DNA from: Heptranchias perlo
Taxonomy: Eukaryota
Assembly (NCBI RefSeq): GCF_035084215.1
Contig: NW_027139217.1
Coordinates: 124,001 to 188,000, forward strand
Reading direction: 5' to 3'
DNA length: 64,000 nucleotides
The position numbers were made by a program, and so were the translations under genes. The notes below the pieces were generated by a model. The model saw nothing but the letters and a program-made list of their open reading frames with translations, made no database searches and had not been told where the DNA came from. Positions 11,888 through 24,600 of the stretch are shown here, piece after piece (position 1 is the stretch's first letter; the number at the start of each line of letters is the position of its first letter).

Positions 11888-11934
11888 GCACAAACTGACT
11901 GTCGAAGCAAACAACATGGAGGTGACTGAGTGAG

Positions 11935-14900
11935 AGGGAGAGACCAGGAGGTACAGTGTTAGCACAGGGACAGAGAGAGGGAGAGACCAGGAGGTACAGT
12001 GTTAGCACAGGGACAGAGAGAGGGAGAGACCAGGAGGTACAGTGTTAGCACAGGGACAGAGAGAGGGAGAGACCAGGAGGTACAGTGTTAGCACAGGGAC
12101 AGAGAGAGGGAGAGACCAGGAGGTACAGTGTTAGCACAGGGACAGAGGGAGGGAGAGACCAGGAGGTACAGTGTTAGCACAGGGACAGAGGGAGGGAGAG
12201 ACCAGGAGGTACAGTGTTAGCACAGGGACAGAGAGAGAGAGAGACCAGGAGGTACAGTGTTAGCACAGGGACAGAGAGAGAGAGAGACCAGGAGGTACAG
12301 TGTTAGCACAGGGACAGAGAGAGAGAGAGACCAGGAGGTACAGTGTTAGCACAGGGACAGAGAGAGGGAGAGACCAGGAGGTACAGTGTTAGCACAGGGA
12401 CAGAGAGAGGGAGAGAGACCAGGAGGTACAGTGTTAGCACAGGGACAGAGAGAGGGAGGGACCAGGAGGTACAGTGTTAGCACAGGGACAGAGAGAGGGA
12501 GAGACCAGGAGGTACAGTGTTAGCACAGGGACAGAGAGAGGGAGAGACCAGGAGGTACAGTGTTAGCACAGGGACAGAGAGAGGGAGAGACCAGGAGGTA
12601 CAGTGTTAGCACAGGGACAGAGAGAGGGAGAGAGACCAGGAGGTACAGTGTTAGCACAGGGACAGAGAGAGGGAGAGACCAGGAGGTACAGTGTTAGCAC
12701 AGGGACAGAGAGAGGGAGAGACCAGGAGGTACAGTGTTAGCACAGGGACAGAGAGAGGGAGAGACCAGGAGGTACAGTGTTAGCACAGGGACAGAGAGAG
12801 GGAGAGAGACCAGGAGGTACAGTGTTAGCACAGGGACAGAGAGAGGGAGAGACCAGGAGGTACAGTGTTAGCACAGGGACAGAGAGAGGGAGGGACCAGG
12901 AGGTACAGTGTTAGCACAGGGACAGAGAGAGGTAGAGACCAGGAGGTACAGTGTTAGCACAGGGACAGAGAGAGGGAGAGACCAGGAGGTACAGTGTTAG
13001 CACAGGGACAGAGAGAGGGAGAGACCAGGAGGTACGGTGTTAGCACAGGGACAGAGAGAGGGAGGGACCAGGAGGTACAGTGTTAGCACAGGGACAGAGA
13101 GAGGGAGAGACCAGGAGGTACAGTGTTAGCACAGGGACAGAGAGAGGGAGAGACCAGGAGGTACAGTGTGAGCACAGGGACAGAGAGAGGGAGAGACCAG
13201 GAGGTACAGTGTTAGCACAGGGACAGAGAGAGGGAGAGACCAGGAGGTACAGTGTTAGCACAGGGACAGAGAGAGGGAGAGACCAGGAGGTACAGTGTTC
13301 GCACAGGGACAGAGAGAGGGAGAGACCAGGAGGTACAGTGTTAGCACAGGGACAGAGAGAGGGAGAGACCAGGAGGTACAGTGTTAGCACAGGGACAGAG
13401 AGAGGGAGAGACCAGGAGGTACAGTGTTAGCACAGGGACAGAGAGAGGGAGAGACCAGGAGGTACAGTGTTAGCACAGGGACAGAGAGAGGGCGAGACCA
13501 GGAGGTACAGTGTTAGCACAGGGACAGAGAGAGGGAGAGACCAGGAGGGACAGTGTTAGCACAGGGACAGAGAGAGGGAGAGACCAGGAGGTACAGTGTT
13601 AGCACAGGGACAGAGGGAGGGAGGGACCAGGAGGTACAGTGTTAGCACAGGGACAGAGAGAGGGAGAGACCAGGAGGTACAGTGTTAGCACAGGGACAGA
13701 GAGAGGGAGAGACCAGGAGGTACAGTGTTAGCACAGGGACAGAGAGAGGGCGAGACCAGGAGGTACAGTGTTCGCACAGGGACAGAGGGAGGGAGAGACC
13801 AGGAGGTACAGTGTGAGCACAGGGACAGAGAGAGCGAGAGACCAGGAGGTACAGTGTTAGCACAGGGACAGAGAGAGGGAGAGACCAGGAGGTACAGTGT
13901 TAGCACAGGGACAGAGAGAGGGAGAGACCAGGAGGTACAGTGTTAGCACAGGGACAGAGAGAGGGAGGGACCAGAGGTACAGTGTTAGCACAGGGACAGA
14001 GAGAGAGAGAGACCAGGAGGTACAGTGTTAGCACAGGGACAGAGAGAGGGAGAGACCAGGAGGTACAGTGTTAGCACAGGGACAGAGAGAGGGAGAGACC
14101 AGGAGGTACAGTGTTAGCACAGGGACAGAGAGAGGGAGAGACCAGGAGGTACAGTGTTAGCACAGGGACAGAGAGAGGGAGGGACCAGGAGGTACAGTGT
14201 TAGCACAGGGACAGAGAGAGAGAGAGACCAGGAGGTACAGTGTTAGCACAGGGACAGAGAGAGGGAGAGACCAGGAGGTACAGTGTTAGCACAGGGACAG
14301 AGAGAGGGAGAGAGACCAGGAGGTACAGTGTTAGCACAGGGACAGAGAGAGGGAGGGACCAGGAGGTACAGTGTTAGCACAGGGACAGAGAGAGGGAGAG
14401 ACCAGGAGGTACAGTGTGAGCACAGGGACAGAGAGAGGGAGAGAGACCAGGAGGTACAGTGTTAGCACAGGGACAGAGAGAGAGAGAGACCAGGAGGTAC
14501 AGTGTTAGCACAGGGACAGAGAGAGGGAGAGACCAGGAGGTACAGTGTTAGCACAGGGACAGAGAGAGGGAGAGACCAGGAGGTACAGTGTTAGCACAGG
14601 GACAGAGAGAGGGAGAGACCAGGAGGTACAGTGTTAGCACAGGGACAGAGAGAGGGAGAGACCAGGAGGTACAGTGTTAGCACAGGGACAGAGAGAGGGA
14701 GAGACCAGGAGGTACAGTGTTAGCACAGGGACAGAGAGAGGGAGAGACCAGGAGGTACAGTGTTAGCACAGGGACAGAGAGAGGGAGAGAGACCAGGAGG
14801 TACAGTGTTAGCACAGGGACAGAGAGAGGGAGAGACCAGGAGGTACAGTGTTAGCACAGGGACAGAGAGAGGGAGGGACCAGGAGGTACAGTGTTAGCAC

Positions 14901-15555
14901 AGGGACAGAGAGAGGGAGAGACCAGGAGGTACAGTGTTAGCACAGGGACAGAGAGAGGGAGAGACCAGGAGGTACAGTGTTAGCACAGGGACAGAGAGAG
15001 GGAGAGACCAGGAGGTACGGTGTTAGCACAGGGACAGAGAGAGGGAGGGACCAGGAGGTACAGTGTTAGCACAGGGACAGAGAGAGGGAGAGACCAGGAG
15101 GTACAGTGTTAGCACAGGGACAGAGAGAGGGAGAGACCAGGAGGTACAGTGTGAGCACAGGGACAGAGAGAGGGAGAGACCAGGAGGTACAGTGTTAGCA
15201 CAGGGACAGAGAGAGGGAGAGACCAGGAGGTACAGTGTTAGCACAGGGACAGAGAGAGGGAGAGACCAGGAGGTACAGTGTTAGCACAGGGACAGAGAGA
15301 GGGAGAGACCAGGAGGTACAGTGTTAGCACAGGGACAGAGAGAGGGAGAGACCAGGAGGTACAGTGTTAGCACAGGGACAGAGAGAGGGAGAGACCAGGA
15401 GGTACAGTGTTAGCACAGGGACAGAGAGAGGGAGAGACCAGGAGGTACAGTGTTAGCACAGGGACAGAGAGAGGGAGGGACCAGGAGGTACAGTGTTAGC
15501 ACAGGGACAGAGAGAGGGAGAGACCAGGAGGTACAGTGTTAGCACAGGGACAGAG
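11935..15555. repeat. 43-bp minisatellite, about 84 copies, between promoter and start codon
   Basis: Unit AGACCAGGAGGTACAGTGTTAGCACAGGGACAGAGAGAGGGAG, highly homogeneous. Confidence 0.97.
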
Positions 15556-15620
15556 GAGACCGTCTCCTGGAAAAGGATTTCCCACAAACTGCTCATCCCA
15601 GCCTGTCGAGGGAAGCAGCA

Positions 15621-15669
15621 ATGATTGGACTGATAGTTCTGGTCGTTCTGTGTGGAGGGGTCTCTGCAG
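15621..15669 (+). CDS. MHC class I exon 1, signal peptide MIGLIVLVVLCGGVSA
   Basis: ATG 15621, hydrophobic core, CAG/GTGAGT donor, phase 1 matches exon 2. Confidence 0.9.
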
Positions 15670-18600
15670 GTGAGTAATGGGGTCTGAGAGGGGCTCAGTG
15701 CCAGGCTGGGTATTGGGGCATTAACCCTCGGTCAGTGGGTAATGGGGTCTGAGAGGGGCTCAGTGCCAGGCTGGGTATTGGGGCATTAACCCTCGGTCAG
15801 TGGGTAATGGGGTCTGAGAGGGGCTCAGTGCCAGGCTGGGTATTGGGACATTAACCCTCGGTCAGTGGGTAATGGGGTCTGAGAGGGGCTCAGTGCCAGG
15901 CTGGGTATTGGGGCATTAACCCTCGGTCAGTGGGTAATGGGGTCTGAGAGGGGCTCAGTGCCAGGCTGGGTATTGGGGCATTAACCCTCGGTCAGTGGGT
16001 AATGGGGTCTGAGAGGGGCTCAGTGCCAGGCTGGGTATTGGGGCATTAACCCTCGGTCAGTGAGTAATGGGGTCTGAGAGGGGCTCAGTGCCAGGCTGGG
16101 TATTGGGGCATTAACCCTCGGTCAGTGGGTAATGGGGTCTGAGAGGGGCTCAGTGCCAGGCTGGGTATTGGGGCATTAACCCTCGGTCAGTGGGTAATGG
16201 GGTCTGAGAGGGGCTCAGTGCCAGGCTGGGTATTGGGGCATTAACCCTCGGTCAGTGGGTAATGGGGTCTGAGAGGGGCTCAGTGCCAGGCTGGGTATTG
16301 GGGCATTAACCCTCGGTCAGTGGGAAATGGGGTCTGAGAGGGGCTCAGTGCCAGGCTGGGTATTGGAGAGAGAGAGACCATGATTGAAGGGGTGCTGGAA
16401 ACAGTGTGATAGAGGGAGAGACCATGGGGTGGAGTGAGGAATGGGGGGACACGGACACACGCAGCACAACTCCATTTTCCCCCTTTGCTCCATATCCCTT
16501 GATGTCCTGACCCAACAAAAATCGATCAATCTCAGTTTTGAAAGCTCCAACGAACCCCCAGAATGCTCAGCCTTTTGGGGGAGAGAGTTCCAGATTCCCA
16601 CCACCCTTTGTGTGAAGAAATGCTTCCTGGTTTCACCCCTGAACGGCCTGGCTCGAATTTGAAGATTCCGTCCTCTTGTTCTTGTCTCCCCGACTAGACG
16701 AAGTAGTTTCTCCGTATCTACCCTATCAAATCCTTTTAACATTTTAAACACCCTCGATCAGATCACCCCTCAATCTTCTAAACTCGAGGGAATACAAGCC
16801 TCGTCTGTACAACCTGTCCTCGTAATTTAACCCTTTTAGCCCCGGGATCATTCTGGTGAATCTGGGCTGCACCCCCTCCAAGGCCAATCTATCCTTCCTG
16901 AGGTGCGGTGCCCAGAACTGAACACGGTCTCCAGATGTGGTCTGACCAGAGCTCTGCACAGCTGGAACATAACTTCCTCCCCTTTGTATTCCAGCCCCCG
17001 AGATAAAGGCCAACGTTCCATTAGCCTTTCCCAATCCTTTTTGTATCTCTCCACTGGCTTTTAATGATTTCTGTACTTGGACTCCCAAATCTCTCTGTTC
17101 CTCTCCAGTTCCTAGTTTCTCACCGTGTAGAAAATACTCTGATTTATCTTTCTTCGGTCTAAAGTCGATGACCTCACACTTTCCCACATTGAACTCCATC
17201 TGCCACAGTTTTGCCCACTCACTTAATCTGTCTCTGTCCCTTCACAACTCCCTGCTCCCGTCTACACTATTTCCTGTCCCTCCTAATTTAGTGTCGTCAG
17301 CAAACCCAGGCCCCTCTCCCTCAGTCTGTCAGGGGGTGTGTTACCCCAGGCCCCTCTCCCTCAGTCTGTCAGTGGGTGTGTTACCCCAGGCCCCTCTCCC
17401 TCAGTCTGTCAGGGGGTGTGTTACCCAAGGCCCCTCTCCCTCAGTCCCTGTCAGGGGGTGTGTTACCCCAGGCCCCTCTCCCTCAGTCTGTCAGTGGGTG
17501 TGTTACCCCAGGCCCCTCTCCCTCAGTCTGTCAGGGGGTGTGTTACCCCAGGCCCTTCTCCCTCAGTCCCTCAGTGGGTGTGTTACCCCAGGCCCATCTC
17601 CCTCAGTCTGTCAGTGGGTGTGTTACCCCAGGCCCCTCTCCCTCAGTCCCTCAGTGGGTGTGTTACCCCAGGCCCCTCTCCCTCAGTCTGTCAGTGGGTG
17701 TGTTACCCCAGGCCCCTCTCCCTCAGTCTGTCAGGGGGTGTGTTACCCCAGGCCCCTCTCGCTCAGTCTGTCAGTGGGTGTGTTACCCCAGGCCCCTCTC
17801 CCTCAGTCTGTCAGTGGGTGTGTTACCCCAGGCCCCTCTCCCTCAGTCTGTCAGTGGGTGTGTTACCCCAGGTACCACTCCCTCAGTCTGTCAGGGGGTG
17901 TGTTACCCCCGGCCCCTCTCCCTCAGTCTGTCAGGGGGTGTGATACCCCAGGCCCCTCTCCCTCAGCCTGTGTTGTGTTGATGTGGAGATGCCGGTGATG
18001 GACTGGGGTTGACAATTGTAAACAATTTTACAACACCAAGTTATAGTCCAGCAATTTTATTTTAAATTCACAAGCTTTCGGAGACTTCCTCCTTCCTCAG
18101 GTAAATGTTCAGGGACTCTGTGTTGTGTTGGGGATTATTTACAGGGAGTCTGTGTTATTTTGTTGGTTCATGCCCTGATCTCTCTCTCTCTCTCTCTCTG
18201 GGGTTGGTGTTTTGGGGTTGGTGTTTTGGGGTTCATGCCCTGATCTCTCTCTCTCTGGGGTTGGTGTTTTGGGGTTCATGCCCTGATCTCTCTCTCTCTC
18301 TGGGGTTGGTGTTTTGGGGTTCATGCCCTGATCTCTCTCTCTCTCTGGTGTTGGTGTTTTGGGGTTCATGCCCTGATCTCTCTCTGGGGTTGGTGTTTTG
18401 GGGTTCATGCCCTGATCTCTCTCTCTGGGGTTGGTGTTTTGGGGTTCATGCCCTGATCTCTCTCTCTCTGGGGTTGGTGTTTTGGGGTTCATGCCCTGAT
18501 CTCTCTCTCTCTGGGGTTGGTGTTTTGGGGTTCATGCCCTGATCTCTCTCTCTCTGGGGTTGGTGTTTTGGGGTTCATGCCCTGATCTCTCTCTCTCTGG

Positions 18601-21600
18601 GGTTGGTGTTTTGGGGTTCATGCCCTGATCTCTCTCTCTCTGGGGTTGGTGTTTTGGGGTTCATGCCCTGATCTCTCTCTCTCTCTGGGGTTGGTGTTTT
18701 GGGGTTCATGCCCTGATCTCTCTCTCTCTGGGGTTGGTGTTTTGGGGTTCATGCCCTGATCTCTCTCTCTGGGGTTGGTGTTTTGGGGTTCATGCCCTGA
18801 TCTCTCTCTCTCTGGGGTTGGTGTTTTGGGGTTCATGCCCTGATCTCTCTCTCTGGGGTTGGTGTTTTGGGGTTCATGCCCTGATCTCTCTCTCTCTCTG
18901 GGGTTGGTGTTTTGGGGTTCATGCCCTGATCTCTCTCTCTCTCTGGGGTTGGTGTTTTGGGGTTCATGCCCTGATCTCTCTCTCTCTGGGGTTGGTGTTT
19001 TGGGGTTCATGCCCTGATCTCTCTCTCTCTGTGTTTCAGGCTCTCACTCTCTCCGGTATTTTCTGACCGCAATGACCCCGATCCCTGGTCTGCCGCAGTT
19101 TGTTGCTGTCGGGTATGTGGACGAGGCCCAGTTTGTGATGTACGACAGCGAGCGGAGGGAGTTGATCCCACGGCGGTCCTGGATGGAGGAGAGGGAGGGG
19201 CCCGAGAACTGGGAGCGGAAGAAACAGCTGGTGCGAGGCGAGGAACAGTGGATGAAGGATTATATTCAGATCCTCCTGACCCGGACCAACCAGTCGGTCG
19301 GTGAGTTCACTCCCTCCCAACGCACTCGGGCTCTTCCTGCGGAGTCAGGGGGCGGAGAGCGGGGTCAGGGAGCGGGGAGCGGGGAGCGGGGTCAGGGAGC
19401 GGGGTCAGGGAGCGGGGAGCGGGGTCAGGGAGCGGGGAGCGGGGTCAGGGAGCGGGGAGCGGGGTCAGGGAGCGGGGAGCGGGGTCAGGGAGCGTGTCGG
19501 GGAGCAGGGTCGGGGCGGGGAGCGGGGTCAGGGGTCGTGGTCGGGGAGCGGGGTCGGGGCGGGGTCAGGGGTCAGGGAGCTGGGGCGGGGAGATGGGTCG
19601 GGGAGTGGGGTCGGGGTGGGGAGCGGCGTCAGGGGGCGGGGAGTGGGGTCAGGGGGCATGGAGTGGGGTCAGGGAGTGAGGTCAGGGGCAGGGAGCGGGG
19701 TCAGGGAGCGGGGTCAGGGGGCGGGTAGTGGGTCAGGGAGCGAGGTCAGGGTGCAGGGAGCGAGGTCAGGGGGCAGGGAGCGGGGTCAGGGGGCGGGGAG
19801 TGGGGTCAGGGGGCATGGAGCGGGGTCAGGGAGCGAGGTCAGGGGGCAGGGAGCGGGGTCAGGGGGCAGGGAGCGGGGTCAGGGGGCGGGGCCAGGGGTT
19901 GACATGCGATATTCTGACGGTCATGGACTCGGACCAACCAGTCGGGCGGTGAGTCCTCGGCCTCAAACCGCACTCGGGCTGATCCCGGGGTCAGGAGTGG
20001 GCAGGGCTGCTCCCCCTGGAAGTGAGGAAGTTCCACCCCCTCCCCCACTGTGTGACATAAGAACATAAGAAATAGGAGCAGGAGTAGGCCATCCGGCCCC
20101 TCGAGCCTGCTCCGCCATTCATAGAATCATAGAATTATAGAATCGTAGAAAATTTATGGCACAGAAGGAGGCCATTCGACCCATCGTGTCCGTGCCGGCC
20201 AAAAATGTGCCACCCAGCCTAATCCCACTTTCCAGCACTTGGTCCGTAGCCCTGTAGGTTATGGCACTTCAGGAGCACATCCAGGTACTTTTTAAATGAG
20301 TTGAGGGTTTCTGCCTCTCCCACCCTCTCAGGCGGTGAGTTCCAGACCCCCACCACCCTCTGGGTGAAAAAAATTCACCTCAGCTCCCCTCTAATCCTTC
20401 TACCAATTACTTTAAATCCATGCCCCCTGGGCATTGACCTCTCTGCTAAGGGAAATAGGTCCTTGCCCCTCATAATTTTATACACCGGGGAACATAGGAA
20501 CATAGGAACAGGAGTAGGCCATTCAGCCCCTCGAGCCTGCTCCACCATTTGATAAGATCATGGCTGATCTGTGATCTCACTCCATATACCTGCCTTTGGC
20601 CCATATCCCTTAATACCTTTGGTTGCCAAAAAGCTATCCATCTCAGATTTAAAATTAGCAATTGAGCTAGTATCAATTGCCGTTTGCAGAAGAGAGTTCC
20701 AAACTTCTACCACCCTTTGTGTGTAGAAATGTTTTCTAATCTCACTCCTGAAAGGTCTGGCTCTAATTTTTAGACTGTGCCCCCTACTCCTAGAATCCCC
20801 AACCAGCGGAAATAGTTTCTCTCTATCCACCCTATCTGTTCCTTTTAATATCTTATAAACTTCGATCAGATCACCCCTTAACCTTCGAAACTCTAGAGAA
20901 TACAACCCCAATTTGTGTAATCTCTCCTCGTAACTTAACCCTTGAAGTCCGGGTATCATTCTAGTAAACCTACGCTGCACTCCCTCCAAGGCCAATATGT
21001 CCTTCCGAAGGTGCGGTGCCCAGAACTGCTCACAGTACCTCAATTAAATCTCCCCTCAGCCTCCTTTGTTCAAAAGAAAACAACCCCAGCCCATCCAATC
21101 TTTCCTCAGAGCTAAAATTCTCCAGTCCTGGCAACATCCTCGCAAATCTCCTCTGTACCCTCTCTAGTGCAATCACATCTTTCCTGTAATGTGGTGACCA
21201 GAACTGTACACAGTACTCAAGCTGTGGCCTAACCAATGTTTTATACAGTTCCAGCATAACCTCCCTGCACTTATATTCGATGCCTTGGCCTAATAAAGGA
21301 AAGTATTCCATCTGCCTTCTTAACCACCTTATCTGTCCTACTACCTCGGGGATCTGTGGACATGCACTCCAAGGTCCCTCTGTTCCTCGACACCTCTCAG
21401 TATCCTCCCATTTATTGTGTGCTCCCTTGCCTTGTTTGCCCTCCCCAAAGGCACTACCTCACACTTCTCTGGATTGAATTCCATTTGTCACTTTTCTGCC
21501 CACCTGACCAGTCCATTGATATCTTCCTGCAGTCTACAGCTTTCCTCCTCACTAGCAACCACACGGCCAATTTTTGTATCATCTGCAAACTTCTTAATCA

Positions 21601-24600
21601 TGGCCCTACATTTAAGTCCAAATCATTAATATATATCAAAAAAAGCAAGAGACCCAGTATTGAGCCTTGTGGAACCCCACTGGAAACAGCCTTCCAGTCA
21701 CAAAAACACCCGTCGACCATTTCCCTTTGCTTCCTGCCACTGAGCCAATTTTGGATACAATTTGCCACTTTCCCTTGGATCCCATGAGCTTGTACTTTTT
21801 TGACCAGTCTGCCATGTGGGACCTTGTCAAAAGCCTTGCTAAAATCCATGTATTCTACATCAAACGCACTACCCTCATCGACCCTCCTTGTTACCTCCTC
21901 AAAAAATTCAATCAAGTTGGTCAGACATGACCTTCCCTTAACAAATCCATGCTGACTGTCCTTGATTAACCCGTGCCTTTCTAAGTGACGGTTTATCCTG
22001 TCCCTCACAATTGATACCAATAATTTGCCCACCACTGAGGTTAGACTGACTGGCCTATAATTACTCGGTCTCTCTCTTTCTCCCTTTTTAAACAACAGTA
22101 GAACGTTAGCAGTCCTCCAATCCTCTGGCATCACGCCTGTATCCAGGGAGGATTGGAAAATGATGGTCAGAGCCTCCGCTATTTCCTCTCTTGCTTCTTT
22201 TAACAACCTGGGATACATTTCATCCGGGCCTGGTGATTTGTTTACTTTCAAAGATGCTAATCCCCTTAATATTTCCTCTCTCACTGTTTATCCCATCCAA
22301 TATTTCACACTCCTCCTCCTTAACTACAATCTCTGCATCGTCCCTCTCCTTTGTGAAGACAGACGCAAAGTATTCATTAAGAACCAAACCCACATCTTCC
22401 ACCTCCACACACAGGTTACCTTTTTGGTCTCAATCAGATCATGACTGATCTTCGACCTCAACTCCACTTTGCCGCCCGATCCCCATATCCCTTGTTTCCA
22501 TCCCAGCCTCGAATATATTCAATGACTGACCATCCACAGCTCTCTGGGGGAGAGAATTCCAAAGATTCACAGCCCTCTGAGTGAAGAAATTCCTCCTCAT
22601 CTCAGTCTTGAATGGCCGACCCTAAATCCTGCGACAATGCCCCCGAGTTCTAGACTCTCACAGGGGGAAACAATCTCTCAGCATCGACACTGTCAAACTC
22701 CCTCTACTCCCCACCCCCCCCGCAGCCCGTGTCTCTCTATTCCCCCTGTGTCTCTCTATTCCCCCCCGTGTCTCTCTATTCCCCCCCCGTGTCTCTCTAT
22801 TCCCCCCCCGTGTCTCTCTATTCCCCCCCCGTGTCTCTCTATTCCCCCCCCCCGTGTCTCTCTATTCCCCCCCCCGTGTCTCTCTGTTCCCCCCCGTGTC
22901 TCTCTGTTCCCCCCCGTGTCTCTCTATTCCCCCCGTGTCTCTCTATTCCCCCCCCGTGTCTCTCTATTCCCCCCCCCGTGTCTCTCTATTCCCCCCGTGT
23001 CTCTCTATTCCCCCCCGTGTCTCTCTATTCCCCCCCCGTGTCTCTCTATTCCCCCCCGTGTCTCTCTATTCCCCCCCCGTGTCTCTCTATTCCCCCCCCC
23101 CGTGTCTCTCTATTCCCCCCCCCGTGTCTCTCTATTCCCCCCCCCGTGTCTCTCTATTCCCCCCCCCGTGTCTCTCTATTCCCCCCCCCGTGTCTCTCTA
23201 TTCCCCCCGTGTCTCTCTATTCCCCCCCGTGTCTCTCTATTCCCCCCCCGTGTCTCTCTATTCCCCCCGTGTCTCTCTATTCCCCCCCCGTGTCTCTCTA
23301 TTCCCCCCCCGTGTCTCTCTATTCCCCCCGTGTCTCTCTATTCCCCCCCGTGTCTCTCTATTCCCCCCCCGTGTCTCTCTATTCCCCCCCGTGTCTCTCT
23401 ATTCCCCCCGTGTCTCTCTATTCCCCCCCCGTGTCTCTCTATTCCCCCCCCGTGTCTCTCTATTCCCCCCCCGTGTCTCTCTATTCCCCCCCCCGTGTCT
23501 CTCTATTCCCCCCCCCGTGTCTCTCTATTCCCCCCCCCGTGTCTCTCTATTCCCCCCCCCGTGTCTCTCTATTCCCCCCCCGTGTCTCTCTATTCCCCCC
23601 CCCGTGTCTCTCTATTTCCCCCCCCCCCCGTGTCTCTCTATTTCCCCCCCCCGTGTCTCTCTATTTCCCCCCCCCGTGTCTCTCTATTTCCCCCCCCCCC
23701 GTGTCTCTCTATTCCCCCCCCGTGTCTCTCTATTCCCCCCCCCCGTGTCTCTCTATTCCCCCCCCCGTGTCTCTCTATTCCCCCCCCTTGTCTCTCTATT
23801 CCCCCCCCGTGTCTCTCTATTTCCCCCCCCCCCCGTGTCTCTCTATTTCCCCCCCCCGTGTCTCTCTATTTCCCCCCCCCGTGTCTCTCTATTTCCCCCC
23901 CCCCCGTGTCTCTCTATTCCCCCCCCGTGTCTCTCTATTCCCCCCCCCCGTGTCTCTCTATTCCCCCCCCGTGTCTCTCTATTCCCCCCCGTGTCTCTCT
24001 ATTCCCCCCCCCCGTGTCTCTAATTCCCCCCCCGTGTCTCTCTATTCCCCCCCCGTGTCTCTCTATTCCCCCACCCCGTGAAGTTAAGAAACACTTCGAC
24101 ACTCAAAGGGTGGGAGAAGTTTGGAAACTCTCCTCCGCAAATGGCAGTTGGTGCGAGCTCAATTCGTAATTTTAAATCTGAGATTGATAGATTTTTGTTC
24201 ACCAAAGATATTAAGGGATGTGGGGCTAAGGCGGGGATATGGACTCAGGTCACAGATCAGCCATGATCTCATCGAATGGCGGAACAGGCTCGAGGGGCCA
24301 AATGGCCTCGTCCTGTTCCTTTGTTCCTGTAATAAAGTTTCAATACTCTACAGGGAGCGGGCTGGTTTAGTTGACAGGCAACAGCAAGGGCACTGGCGAA
24401 GTGGCAGGGATGGGACAGGAGTGCTGTCATCCTGAGAGTGGACACTCGGTTCATGTTCCATGGAGCCACTGCCACTTGTTGTCTCCTGTTATGCACCACC
24501 TTCTCCTGCAAGAAAGCGGGACGTGTGTCGGTGAGTGTCCTGCAAGATGTTTGGGTGATGAGCCTGTCATGGTTGAATAGCTAGTGCGTGTGGCCTGTGA

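Noticed and set aside
11935-15555. CRISPR-like regular array
   Set aside because: Head-to-tail units with no unique spacers, no cas genes, vertebrate context; the same applies to all other arrays.
15569-15583. NF-kB-like site AGGATTTCCC near the ATG
   Set aside because: A single imperfect 10-mer; insufficient without conservation data.
19301-19728. Gly-rich C-terminal extension of the alpha1 ORF (19072-19728)
   Set aside because: Read-through past a consensus donor into a G-rich intronic repeat.
22637-24169. Pro-rich extensin-like ORFs
   Set aside because: Three-frame translation of a C-rich minisatellite.
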